Shown here: piece after piece, positions 1-9,250 of the stretch | Layout: every line of letters begins with the position of its first letter | Position numbering within the stretch: the stretch's first letter is position 1 | NCBI GenBank assembly: GCA_046703865.1 | Contig: JBJKSP010000051.1 | Span: 1 to 28,460 of the forward strand | Length of the DNA stretch: 28,460 bases | Direction: 5' to 3' | Source: Thiobacillaceae bacterium | Lineage (GTDB): Bacteria; Pseudomonadota; Gammaproteobacteria; Burkholderiales; Thiobacillaceae | Position numbers and translations under genes: made by a program | The notes under the pieces: generated by a model | Seen by the model: the letters and a program-made list of their open reading frames with translations, nothing else | What the model was told of the DNA's origin: nothing | The model's database searches: none

Positions 1-733
1 CCTTGAAATAGTAGATGGACTGGGCCGCGACCCGCGCCCAGTTGATCGTATTGACCGCGCCGATGCGATGGTGCTGCTTGAATTCCAGGTCGTTGGAAAC
101 GGCCTTGACGATGTCCTGGCAATCGTCGAACACGCCGCGCACCACCAGGTTGTGGATGTTGTCGTCCTGCAGGCTGTACATCTGGGCCTGCTGGAAGCGG
201 GTCATGCCCCGCTCGGGGGAGAGCATGAACACCCGCACGTGGTGCTTGCCCCGCATGGCGTATTCGGCGGCGGAACCGGTGTCCCCCGAGGTGGCCCCCA
301 GGATGTTCACGTCCCGGCCGGCACGGTCCAGGGCGTACTCGAACAGGTTGCCCAGGAGCTGCATGGCCATGTCCGTGAAGGCCAGGGTCGGGCCGTTGGA
401 CAGCTCCAGAAGATGCAGGCCCGGCTCCAGGGTGCGCACCGGAGTGATCTGGCCGAAGTCGGAATCCGGCCGGCCGTGGCTATAGGCCTCCCGGGTATAG
501 GTCCGGTCGATCAGGGCCTTCAGGTCTTCCGCAGGGATGTCGTCGATCAGGCGTGAAAGCACGGTGAAGGCCAGCTGCCGATAGTCCATGCCCCGCATGG
601 CCGCCAGATCGCCGGCGGAGAACCGTGGATAGGCCTCGGGCACGTACAGCCCGCCGTCCGGGGCCAGCCCGCCCAGGAGGATCTCCAGGAAACTCTGCGT
701 GGGGGCCCGGCCCCGGGTGCTGACGTATCTCAT
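1..733 (-). CDS. thrC: Threonine synthase, N-terminal 244 codons (runs off the window start)
   Basis: Manual translation from ATG at 733 gives MRYVSTRG...GGLAPDGGLYVP...ELSNGPTLAFTDMAMQ...GATSGDTGSAA...VNTINWARV. The start overlaps the hom stop (TGATG). It is missing from the ORF track because no stop lies in the window. The PLP motif reads FTD, not FKD. Confidence 0.95.
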   Translation of the reverse strand, partial: MRYVSTRGRAPTQSFLEILLGGLAPDGGLYVPEAYPRFSAGDLAAMRGMDYRQLAFTVLSRLIDDIPAEDLKALIDRTYTREAYSHGRPDSDFGQITPVRTLEPGLHLLELSNGPTLAFTDMAMQLLGNLFEYALDRAGRDVNILGATSGDTGSAAEYAMRGKHHVRVFMLSPERGMTRFQQAQMYSLQDDNIHNLVVRGVFDDCQDIVKAVSNDLEFKQHHRIGAVNTINWARVAAQSIYYFK

Positions 734-2049
734 CAGCGGTTCAGCTCTTCCAGCCGGATGCGGGTCACCTTTCCGGCGATGCCCGGCAGGGCTTCGATCT
801 TGGCGATGGCCAGATTGACCGCCTTCTCCCGGGCCAGGTGGGTGAGCAGGACCACGTCGGTCCGGTCCTCGCCCTCGGCCGGCTCCTTCTGGATCACCGC
901 GTCGATGGAGATGTCCAGGTCGGCCAGGATGCGGGTCACGTCGGCCAGCACCCCGGGTTTGTCCAGAGCGCGCATGCGCAGGTAGTAGGCGGTTTCCACC
1001 TCGTCCATGGACATGACCAGAAGGTCGGAGATCTGGTCGGGCTGGAAGGCCAGATGGGGCACCCGGTGGTTGGGGTCGGCGGTATGCAGCCGGGTCACGT
1101 CCACCAGGTCGGCCACCACGGCGGAAGCGGTGGGTTCGGCCCCCGCACCGGCACCGTAGTACAGGGTGGCACCCACCGCGTCGCCCTTCACCAGGACGGC
1201 GTTCATGACCCCTTCCACGTTGGCGATGAGCCGCCGGGCGGGGATCAGGGTGGGATGCACGCGCAGCTCGATGCCTTCGGCCTGGCGCTTGGTGATGCCC
1301 AGCAGCTTGATCCGGTAGCCCAGCTGCTCGGCGTACTGGATGTCCTCCCTGGTCAGGTTGGCGATGCCCTCGATGTAGGCACGGTCGAACTGCATGGGGA
1401 CGCCGAAGGCGATGGCCGAGAGGATGGTGATCTTGTGGGCGGCGTCGATGCCCTCGATGTCGAAGGTGGGGTCGGCCTCGGCATAGCCCTTTTCCTGGGC
1501 CTCCTTGAGCACCTCGGCGAAGGCCTTGCCCTTCTCCCGCATCTCCGAGAGGATGAAGTTGCAGGTGCCGTTGATGATGCCGGCCAGCCACTGGATGCGG
1601 TTGGCGGACAGGCCCTCGCGCAGGGCCTTGATGATGGGTATGCCGCCCGCCACGGCGGCCTCGAAGGCAACCATGACGCCTTTCTCCTGGGCCCTGGCGA
1701 AGATCTCGTTGCCGTGCTTGGCGATCAGGGCCTTGTTGGCCGTGACCACATGCTTGCCGTTGTCGATCGCCTGCAGGACCAGTTCCCGGGCCGGGCTGAT
1801 GCCGCCGATGAGTTCCACCACGATGTCGATCTGGGGATCGTCCACCACCTTCCCGGTATCGTCAGTGATGGTCAGGCCGTCGCCGGCATACCGCCCGGCG
1901 GCCTTTTCCACGTCGCGTACCGCGGCGGCCACCACCCGGATTTCCCTGCCGGCGCGGCGGGCGATCTCACCCTGGTTGCGGCGCAGGACGGTAAGCGTCC
2001 CCCCGCCTACGGTCCCCAGGCCCAAGAGTCCAACATTGATCGGTTTCAT
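733..2049 (-). CDS. hom: Homoserine dehydrogenase with C-terminal ACT domain
   Basis: Rossmann GLLGLGTVGGG, VVTANKA, FEAAVAGGIP and EADPTFDIEGIDAAHK motifs; ACT-like DKPGVLADV; lies directly upstream of thrC. Confidence 0.97.
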   Translation of the reverse strand: MKPINVGLLGLGTVGGGTLTVLRRNQGEIARRAGREIRVVAAAVRDVEKAAGRYAGDGLTITDDTGKVVDDPQIDIVVELIGGISPARELVLQAIDNGKHVVTANKALIAKHGNEIFARAQEKGVMVAFEAAVAGGIPIIKALREGLSANRIQWLAGIINGTCNFILSEMREKGKAFAEVLKEAQEKGYAEADPTFDIEGIDAAHKITILSAIAFGVPMQFDRAYIEGIANLTREDIQYAEQLGYRIKLLGITKRQAEGIELRVHPTLIPARRLIANVEGVMNAVLVKGDAVGATLYYGAGAGAEPTASAVVADLVDVTRLHTADPNHRVPHLAFQPDQISDLLVMSMDEVETAYYLRMRALDKPGVLADVTRILADLDISIDAVIQKEPAEGEDRTDVVLLTHLAREKAVNLAIAKIEALPGIAGKVTRIRLEELNR

Positions 2050-2072
2050 GAGTCGCTTTGCTCTCCGAGTTT

Positions 2073-2138
2073 GCAGTTAGCAGTTGGCAGTTCGCAGCAT
2101 GCAGTTGAGGCCGGACCGCCTACTGCCTACTCCCTACT
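2073..2138. repeat. Heptamer tandem repeats: 5 x GCAGTTN-like, then 3 x (G/C)CCTACT as a partially inverted partner
   Basis: Period-7 units start at 2073, 2080, 2087, 2094 and 2101; GCCTACT at 2118 and 2125; CCCTACT at 2132, containing the alaC stop. Confidence 0.8.
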
Positions 2139-3321
2139 TGATCAATCCGTCCTTGCGGAACATGTCCCGCAGCCCGCGTATGGCCTGCCGTGTGCGAAGT
2201 TCGTTCTCGATCAGCGAAAACCGCACGTGGTCGTCGCCGTACTCGCCGAAGCCGACGCCGGGGGACACGGCGACCCAGGCATCCTCCAGCAGCTTCTTGG
2301 AAAACTCCAGGGACTTGAGGTGGGCATAGGGTTCCGGAATGGGCGCCCAGATGAACATGGTGGCCTTGGGAGGCTGGACCTTCCAGCCCACCTCGTTCAG
2401 GCCCTTGGCCAAGGCGTCACGCCGCTTCCGGTACATGTTGCAGATGTCGCGCACGCACTCCTGGGGGCCTTCCAGGGCGGCGATGGCCGCCACCTGGATG
2501 GGGGTGAAGGTGCCATAGTCGTGGTAGCTCTTGATACGGGCCAGGGCCGCGCACAGTTTCGGGCTGCCCACCATGAAGCCCACCCGCCAGCCGGGCATGT
2601 TGTAGCTCTTGGACAGGGTGAAGAACTCCACCGCCACGTCCTTGGCCCCCTTCACCTGCAGGATGGATGGGGCCTGGTAGCCGTCGAAAACGATATCGGC
2701 ATAGGCCAGGTCGTGCACCACGAAGACACCGTATTCCTTCGCGATGGCCACCACCTTCTTGAAGAATTCCAGGTCCACGCACTGGGTGGTGGGGTTGGAC
2801 GGGAAGTTCAGGATCAGCATCTTGGGCCGGGGCCAGTGGTTCCTGATGGCCTTGTCCAGTTCCTCGAAGAAGTCCACACCCGGCGTCATGGGGAGGTGGC
2901 GGATGTCCGATCCCGCGATGACCGGCCCATAGATGTGGATGGGATAGCTGGGGTTGGGCACCAGCACGATATCGCCCCGATCCAGGGTGGCCAGGGAAAG
3001 GTGGGCGATGCCCTCCTTGGAGCCGATGGTGACGATGGCCTCCTTCTCGGGGTCCAGGTCCACGTCGTAGCGGCGCTTGTACCAGTTGCAGATGGCCTTC
3101 CTCAGACGCGGGATACCCTTGGACATGGAATAGCGATGGGTGTCGCCCCGGCGCACCGTCTCGATCAGCTTGTCCACGATGTGCTTGGGGGTGGGCTGGT
3201 CCGGGTTGCCCATGCCGAAGTCGATGATGTCCTCGCCTCGCCGCCGGGCGGCCATCTTCAGGTCGCCGGTGATGTTGAAGACGTAAGGTGGCAGGCGCTT
3301 GATCCTGGGGAAATCGTCCAT
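2134..3321 (-). CDS. alaC: PLP-dependent class I/II aminotransferase (AlaC/YfdZ type)
   Basis: [13 protein letters not shown]-terminus, [17 protein letters not shown] and [17 protein letters not shown] with the PLP Lys intact. This gene commonly precedes hom in betaproteobacteria. The ATG at 3321 is preferred over the GTG at 3324. Confidence 0.92.
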   Translation of the reverse strand: MDDFPRIKRLPPYVFNITGDLKMAARRRGEDIIDFGMGNPDQPTPKHIVDKLIETVRRGDTHRYSMSKGIPRLRKAICNWYKRRYDVDLDPEKEAIVTIGSKEGIAHLSLATLDRGDIVLVPNPSYPIHIYGPVIAGSDIRHLPMTPGVDFFEELDKAIRNHWPRPKMLILNFPSNPTTQCVDLEFFKKVVAIAKEYGVFVVHDLAYADIVFDGYQAPSILQVKGAKDVAVEFFTLSKSYNMPGWRVGFMVGSPKLCAALARIKSYHDYGTFTPIQVAAIAALEGPQECVRDICNMYRKRRDALAKGLNEVGWKVQPPKATMFIWAPIPEPYAHLKSLEFSKKLLEDAWVAVSPGVGFGEYGDDHVRFSLIENELRTRQAIRGLRDMFRKDGLIK

Positions 3322-3396
3322 CACTGACAGGCTGGCATAAAAGTGTGTAATCTTACCCGAACCCCGATTCCACGGGCACCAGCCCGGAACACGGAC

Positions 3397-3768
3397 ATGA
3401 AGCTACACCTCTCCGACACCTCCGGGGTCAACATGATCACCGGATACGGCGACGGGTTCGTTCAGGTCAACGGACAGCGGCACGAATCCAGCGTCGTCGT
3501 CCTGCCCGACAGTCAGCCGGCCGCTTGGGAAGTCTCCGGTTTTTCCGCCCTGAGCACGGTCCATTTCCAGGCCCTGGCCGCCCAGCGGCCGGAGCTGGTA
3601 ATCCTGGGGACGGGAAGACGACAACGCTTTCCCCCGCCCGCCCTCTACGCGGCCCTGATCCAGGCCGGCATCGGCTTGGAGGTGATGGACACCGGCGCGG
3701 CCTGCCGCACTTACAACATCCTTGCTTCGGAAGGGCGCCGCGTGAGCGCGGCCCTGATCGTCGAGTAG
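3397..3768 (+). CDS. Mth938-like domain protein (DUF498/NDUFAF3 family)
   Basis: MKLH...[13 protein letters not shown]...PELVILGTG...[29 protein letters not shown]; divergent from alaC. Confidence 0.9.
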   Translation: MKLHLSDTSGVNMITGYGDGFVQVNGQRHESSVVVLPDSQPAAWEVSGFSALSTVHFQALAAQRPELVILGTGRRQRFPPPALYAALIQAGIGLEVMDTGAACRTYNILASEGRRVSAALIVE

Positions 3769-3846
3769 CAACCCGCGCCCAGCATGTGGCGAGCGTGACA
3801 TGGGATGCCGACCGCATTCCGATTTTGAATTTAAGGGATGTCCCGA

Positions 3847-3875
3847 TTCAATGAACGCCGACCCATTGATAGCAT
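3847..3875 (+). promoter_or_regulatory. Putative sigma70 promoter: TTCAAT-N17-TAGCAT with extended -10 TGn
   Basis: TTCAAT at 3847-3852, a 17-nt spacer, TG at 3867-3868 and TAGCAT at 3870-3875. Confidence 0.5.
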
Positions 3876-3878
3876 TCT

Positions 3879-3938
3879 GTTACCTCCCTGACCGCCGCAA
3901 CGGCGGTTTTCAACCCCGGCCATGAGCCGGGGTTTTTT
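3879..3938 (+). ncRNA. Candidate small RNA: 5' anti-SD-like seed, one hairpin and an intrinsic terminator
   Basis: GTTACCTCCCTG, then hairpin ACCGCCG-CAA-CGGCGGT (3891-3907), then AACCCCGGC-CATGA-GCCGGGGTT+TTTT (3912-3938), starting just downstream of the promoter-like motif. Confidence 0.5.
3912..3938 (+). terminator. Rho-independent terminator
   Basis: 9-bp stem, 5-nt loop, followed by a T tract. Confidence 0.85.
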
Positions 3939-3991
3939 ATCTTCTCGGCATCGGCGGGCCTCCGGCCTATTGCCGCCGTAATGAATGAATG

Positions 3992-4023
3992 AAGGCCGGG
4001 GGACTCGCGCCCTCCCGGCCTTT
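3992..4023 (-). terminator. Probable terminator hairpin for the glycine-zipper gene
   Basis: AAGGCCGGGGG...CCTCCCGGCCTT imperfect stem about 30 nt past the stop at 4052; only a weak U tract. Confidence 0.4.
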
Positions 4024-4051
4024 CGTCTGGGCAGCTACGGCTTACCAGGGC

Positions 4052-4486
4052 CTACCAGCCGCGATGTTCCCCGTGCCCGTAGCGGTCTCCCCAGCGCCTT
4101 TCATGGTGGTCGCGCCATTCTTCACGCCAGCCGTAATAGACCGGCCGGGGCGCCACCATGACCGGCGGCGGGGCATAGACGACCCGGGGTCTTTCATGGA
4201 CCACGGGCGGTGGACCGTATACGACAGGCGGCCGAGGTCCGTAGGCCGGTTCCGAGTAGACCACCACATGCCGGTCGCGCTCGCTTGCGGAGACCGCCCC
4301 CACCGCGGCACCCAGGGCACCGCCCACCACCGCGCCGTCATGGCCGCCGATGGCATGGCCGACAACGGCACCGGTGGCACCGCCCAGGATCGCACCGAAT
4401 ACCTCGTCCGAGGCCGAAGCGGTGTTGGCGAAGGCGGCGAAACCCGCCACCAGGACGACCGGGATTGCAAATCTGGCTTTCATCAT
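4052..4486 (-). CDS. Secreted glycine-zipper protein with a Pro-rich (PxPV-like) C-terminus
   Basis: Signal peptide ending ASA; GAILGGATGAVVGHAIGG...GGALGAAVGA; VYAPPPVMVAPRPVYYG; SD GGAG upstream. Confidence 0.8.
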   Translation of the reverse strand: MMKARFAIPVVLVAGFAAFANTASASDEVFGAILGGATGAVVGHAIGGHDGAVVGGALGAAVGAVSASERDRHVVVYSEPAYGPRPPVVYGPPPVVHERPRVVYAPPPVMVAPRPVYYGWREEWRDHHERRWGDRYGHGEHRGW

Positions 4487-4620
4487 CTCACTCCTATCGG
4501 GTTGACACGATTGCAGCCTAACTGCCCCGTGTTCCGGCGCGGTTGCTGACCGGTAAGCATGTGTTACCGGATGTGACAGAAGCCGGGTATCCGGAAAGGT
4601 CCGGATGGCGAATGCGGTTG

Positions 4621-5193
4621 TCAGTCGGTGTACTCGAAGACCTTCACCACCCGCTTGACCCCCGAGGTGTGGGCAGCCGCCTCTACGGCCGCGCTCGCCT
4701 CGGCGTGCGTGACCAGACCCATGAGGTAGACCACCCCGTCCTCGGTGACCACCTTCACGTGGTTGGCGTCGAAGCGCTTGTCGCCCAGGAACCGGGTCTT
4801 GACCTTGGCGGTGATCAAGCTGTCGTTGCTGCGGGTTCTGAAATCGATGGGCTTGCCGACGGTCAGCTCATTGAACACCTCCCGCACGCCGGGCACCCCC
4901 CGTGCGATCTCGCCGACCTTGTCCTTGAGCGCCTCGGTGGAGGCCTGGCCGGTGATGAGCAGGCGGTGGTCGAAGGAGGTGAAGCCGGCGTGGACCCCGT
5001 CCAGTCTGGCACGGTGGAATCGATCGAAGGCCTTGAGCTCGACCACCTCGTCATCCAGATAGGTGCCGGCGGATCGGCGGTCGTCAGCCATCATGGCCCC
5101 CACACCGACGCCGGCGGCCACCACCGGAAAGCAACCGGCCAACGGGAGGGTGGCACCGAGGCCCAACAGGGTTACGAGTAATAGTTTGCGCAT
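4621..5193 (-). CDS. Double BON-domain lipoprotein (DolP/YraP/OsmY family)
   Basis: AGGAG SD before ATG 5193; lipobox LAGC; DRRSAGTYLDD, DSLITAKVK and VKVVTEDGVVYLMGLV motifs. Confidence 0.9.
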   Translation of the reverse strand: MRKLLLVTLLGLGATLPLAGCFPVVAAGVGVGAMMADDRRSAGTYLDDEVVELKAFDRFHRARLDGVHAGFTSFDHRLLITGQASTEALKDKVGEIARGVPGVREVFNELTVGKPIDFRTRSNDSLITAKVKTRFLGDKRFDANHVKVVTEDGVVYLMGLVTHAEASAAVEAAAHTSGVKRVVKVFEYTD

Positions 5194-5959
5194 GAGCAGG
5201 CTCCTAAAATACCGGGGCGTGTTGACATCGTTTCTTGGTTGAGCCGAGGAAGACCGGCACGGGCCTCGGGCCTCGACGACGGTGAATTGGACCATGCCCT
5301 GCCGGACTGGTTGCTCGCGCTGAGACTAGCATCAAAAAGATGACGAATTCGCTATTGCAAGGGAGGCCCGGAAAGAGTGCAGCATCAAAGGCAGACCCGA
5401 CCAGACGGATGAAATGCCTCGCCCGGCAGGGATCAAACAAGCCTGGTACAGGCTGACTGGAGAAGCTGGGCAGCCGACTCTGCGTGGCCTCGGCTGGCTC
5501 GACTCACTGCCGTGGCTTCCTGCCAGTCAGTGGTCTTTCCTGAATGATCGCTTCCTCACTGGATGAACGAGCGCAATCGCCTCGTTTGGGATAGTCGGGG
5601 TTGGGGCCGAGATAGGCGGCCACGGGTTGTAACCGGCCGTTCAGAGTCGTGGAAGGCCAATGTTTAAGCCGCTGTTTATACCGGTGCCTGCATGTCCAGG
5701 GGTTACATGACCTGACCGCGGGGCTACCCGTGGGCAACCTGCGTCGGGTAGATACGCCAGCCGTGTGCCGGGTTCGCTTCCAGACTCAAGGTTTCGTTCT
5801 CCCCTCCGATATATGCCCTAAATTAGCGCGATCTGATCTCGCCCCGCAGCCTCGGTCCGCACCGGGTCGGGGCACGAACCCGGGGCCTTGCGCAGGGCCT
5901 GGCCGCCTTCGGGGCGATGGGTACGCCGGGTTGGCAGACAACGACAAAGGAGGCTCACG

Positions 5960-8725
5960 CTGTTCTTGCTTGGACGATCCTACACGAGCGTTGCCCTGGC
6001 GGTTGCCGGCTGGGTTGCCCTCGCCTGGCTGGGCGCTGATTACTACTATGACCGTCTCGCCCACCACCTGTACCTGCAGGATGCTCAACTCGCCAGGCAG
6101 GAGGTGGAGCAGGTGGCCGACAGCGTCGGCCAGGGCATACAGCTGTTCAAAGCCATTGCACTGATGGTCTCCAGGGATGCCGGGGTTCATCGGGCGCTGC
6201 AGCGCTTCGGCCCGGATGCGGTGGCTTCAGGCCTGCCTTACCAGGCACGCAAACAGGGCTGGACATCGGACAGTACACTGCATGCACTGGACAAAACCCT
6301 GGGGCGCGTGGCCACTGATCTCGACGCCGACGTGGTGTGGGTCATGAATGCTGCGGGTGACTGTATCGCCTCCAGCAACGCGCATGAGCGCGACAGCTTT
6401 GTGGGTGCCAATTTCGCCTTCCGTGAGTACTTCCGTCAGGCCCGTGCCGGACGACGCGGCCATCAGTATGCTATCGGGAGGGTGAGCAAGGTGGCCGGCC
6501 TGTACTTTTCGGCCCCCATCTTCCAGAACGGGCGATTCCTCGGCGCCGCCATTGTCAAGCGCGACATCCGGGAATTCGCTGCCTGGACCAAACCGGCCAG
6601 CGCATTTATTTCCGATACCAACGGCGTCATCGTCCTGGCCCCGGACCCACGCCTCGAATTCCACACCCTGCCCAACGCGCCGGCGACCAGGATGTCGGTC
6701 CCGGCACGGGAATTGCAGTACCGGCGTCAGTCATTGGAACCCTTGGAAATCACCCCTTGGCTCGGCGGGCAGTTCCCCGGCGCCGTTCGTATCGGGGATG
6801 GACAGGTCCCGGTCGTATTTGCCTCCAAGGGCCTGCCCGAGGATGGCATCACATTGCATGTGGCGCACCCCCTGGGTGAACTGGTGGGCCTCGGCCGGGA
6901 ACGGGACCGAGCCTTCATCCTGCTCGCCTGCGTAGGGAGCGTGCTGATCGTGGCGGCGTGGATGCTCGTGCGCCACCGGCTCCGCCAAGCCCACCTGGTG
7001 GAAACCGATTTGCGTATCGCCGCCGCCGCGTTCCAGGCCCAGGACTCCATCGTCATCACCGACAGTCGTGGCGTGATCCAGCGGGTCAATCAGGCCTTCA
7101 CCGAGATGACGGGCTACACGGCCACGGACGCTCTGGGACAAACACCTCGCCTGCTGCGCTCCGGCCGCCACGATGGGCCCTTTTACGCCGCGATGTGGGA
7201 CTCGCTCAATCGCACCGGCGCATGGGCTGGCGAAATCTGGAACCGGCGCAAGGACGGCGAGGTATATCCCGGCTGGCTCAGCATTACCGCGGTGAAGGGC
7301 AGCAGCGGCGAGATCACCCACTACGTGGGCACGATCAACGACATCAGCCAGCGCAAGGCGGCGGAAGAGGAGATCAGAAATCTCGCCTTCTATGACCCCC
7401 TCACCCGCCTGCCCAACCGGCGACTGCTGACGGACCGGCTCAATCATGCTTTGGCCGCCAGCGCACGCAGTGGACACAGCGGGGCGCTACTGTTCATCGA
7501 CCTGGACAACTTCAAGACCCTCAACGACACCCTAGGCCACCCCACGGGTGACCTCCTGCTCGAGCAGGTGGCCGAGCGCCTGCTCGGCTGCGTCCGTGAA
7601 GACGATACGGTGGCCCGTTTCGGCGGCGACGAGTTCGTCGTCATCCTCGAAAGACTGAGTGCACATGCCGACGAGGCTGCTACCCAGACCAGAACGGCAG
7701 GCGAAAAGATTCTCGCCACGCTCAATCAGCCCTACCAGCTCGCCGGGCACAAGAAGTACAGCACCAGCAGCATCGGCGCCACCCTGTTCCTGGCGCACCG
7801 GGCCACCGCTGAAGAATTGCTCAAACAGGCCGATCTGGCCATGTACCAGGCGAAGACCGCAGGTCGCAACGTCCTTCGCTTCTTCGATCAGGGCATGCAG
7901 TCCATGGTCAACGCCATGGCCGCCATGGAGGCAGACCTGCGCCAGGCGTTACAGCATCATCAGTTCGTCCTGTACTACCAGCCCCAGGTCGACCAAGACG
8001 GCCGACTGACGGGGGCCGAGGCGTTGGTGCGATGGCGGCATCCGGAACGCGGCCTGGTCTCGCCAGGCGAATTCATGCCCCTGGCCGAGGACACCGGGCT
8101 CATCCTGCCACTGGGCCAATGGGTATTGGAGAGCGCCTGTGCCCGACTGCTGGACTGGGCCGGCCGGCCGGAGACGGCCCATCTCACCCTTGCGGTCAAC
8201 GTAAGCGCCCGCCAGTTCAGACAGCCGGATTTCGCGCCCCAGGTGCTGGCCGCGCTGGATCACGCAGGGGCCGATGCGCGAAGGCTAAAGCTCGAACTCA
8301 CGGAGAGCCTGCTTTTACACGATTTCGAGGACGTTATCGCCAAGATGACGGCCCTGAAGATCCGTGGCGTTGGCTTCTCGTTGGATGATTTCGGTACCGG
8401 CTATTCTTCGCTCGCCTATCTCAAGCGCCTACCCCTGGATGAGGTGAAGATCGATCAGTCGTTCGTGCGCGATGTGCTCACCGACGCGAACGATGCAGCC
8501 ATCGCCCGTACTATCGTTGCCTTGGCTCGCACGCTGGGGCTGTCGGTGATCGCGGAGGGGGTGGAAACCGAGGCCCAGCGGGATTTCCTGGCCCGCGAGG
8601 GCTGCCATGCCTACCAGGGCTATCTGTTCGGTAAGCCAGTTCCGGTTCAGACCTTCGAGGCGTACCTGAGTGGAGGACCAGACAGGTTCGAGACCGTGCG
8701 TAGGCGACCAGCGGCGTCTGCATAA
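5960..8725 (+). CDS. Membrane diguanylate cyclase/phosphodiesterase (TM-Cache-TM-PAS-GGDEF-EAL); start uncertain
   Basis: Two hydrophobic helices flank a Cache-like domain. PAS motif ITDSRG..VNQAF..EIWNRRKDG; REDD I-site plus RFGGDEF; EALVRW, DDFGTGYSS and EGVET. The ORF is open from 5888, but the SD AAGGAGG (5947-5953) points to CTG 5960 or TTG 5966. Confidence 0.92.
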   Translation: MFLLGRSYTSVALAVAGWVALAWLGADYYYDRLAHHLYLQDAQLARQEVEQVADSVGQGIQLFKAIALMVSRDAGVHRALQRFGPDAVASGLPYQARKQGWTSDSTLHALDKTLGRVATDLDADVVWVMNAAGDCIASSNAHERDSFVGANFAFREYFRQARAGRRGHQYAIGRVSKVAGLYFSAPIFQNGRFLGAAIVKRDIREFAAWTKPASAFISDTNGVIVLAPDPRLEFHTLPNAPATRMSVPARELQYRRQSLEPLEITPWLGGQFPGAVRIGDGQVPVVFASKGLPEDGITLHVAHPLGELVGLGRERDRAFILLACVGSVLIVAAWMLVRHRLRQAHLVETDLRIAAAAFQAQDSIVITDSRGVIQRVNQAFTEMTGYTATDALGQTPRLLRSGRHDGPFYAAMWDSLNRTGAWAGEIWNRRKDGEVYPGWLSITAVKGSSGEITHYVGTINDISQRKAAEEEIRNLAFYDPLTRLPNRRLLTDRLNHALAASARSGHSGALLFIDLDNFKTLNDTLGHPTGDLLLEQVAERLLGCVREDDTVARFGGDEFVVILERLSAHADEAATQTRTAGEKILATLNQPYQLAGHKKYSTSSIGATLFLAHRATAEELLKQADLAMYQAKTAGRNVLRFFDQGMQSMVNAMAAMEADLRQALQHHQFVLYYQPQVDQDGRLTGAEALVRWRHPERGLVSPGEFMPLAEDTGLILPLGQWVLESACARLLDWAGRPETAHLTLAVNVSARQFRQPDFAPQVLAALDHAGADARRLKLELTESLLLHDFEDVIAKMTALKIRGVGFSLDDFGTGYSSLAYLKRLPLDEVKIDQSFVRDVLTDANDAAIARTIVALARTLGLSVIAEGVETEAQRDFLAREGCHAYQGYLFGKPVPVQTFEAYLSGGPDRFETVRRRPAASA

Positions 8726-9051
8726 AGGGGCTTGAACGCGAAGCATCTTCACTGACTGAATTGAACCCTGCTTTCAATTGTTGTCGATCCACCGACCATC
8801 GCGGTCGCGATCGTGCAGCACTATCGCATCGGGCCTGGTGCGCCGATGAATACGATGTAATCGGCAAGTTGAATCGTGACGGTTCTCACTGGTGGTTCGG
8901 GCGCCGCCAGGCGTACCTCTGGAGATGGGGCGAAGGTGATACGGGAGATGATTGCGAGAACACTACAACAGGGGACAGAGGGGACGCCCGCACAGGTCTT
9001 AGGGCATGATCTCCGGCAGGTCAGGCGCACCTTATGCAAACCCCACCTCGC

Positions 9052-9069
9052 TGTTGCCCGCGGGCAACA
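9052..9069. promoter_or_regulatory. Perfect 18-bp palindrome TGTTGCCCGCGGGCAACA, possible operator
   Basis: The sequence equals its own reverse complement and lies intergenically about 180 nt upstream of ATG 9251. Function is unknown. Confidence 0.3.
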
Positions 9070-9250
9070 TCTTGGATGTGTCCCCGGGCGGACTGGGCTC
9101 GCGCGCGGAGACGAGAAGTTCGTAAGATTATACTGAAATTGTAATGTTTACGAGGAGCGCCACCTCCTCGGCAGGTTGGGGAACGTGGCGGCCATGGCTC
9201 CATCGCGGTCCGATTGTGCGCTGTGACCGCCCATCGATGAGGAGTGAACC

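Noticed and set aside
838-3327. 829-aa plus-strand ORF, and similar long antisense ORFs (e.g. 68-556, 9499-10506, 13218-14018, 22588-23196, 27281-28111)
   Set aside because: Shadow frames opposite well-supported genes, expected from high-GC codon bias; no recognisable motifs.
5200-5900. gmhA/diaA or yraN remnant upstream of the BON gene
   Set aside because: No matching peptide was found in the frames I read; the ORFs appear spurious.
8726-9250. c-di-GMP riboswitch or small genes between the two c-di-GMP genes
   Set aside because: No GEMM-I or class II signature is visible, and the short ORFs lack SDs and recognisable motifs.
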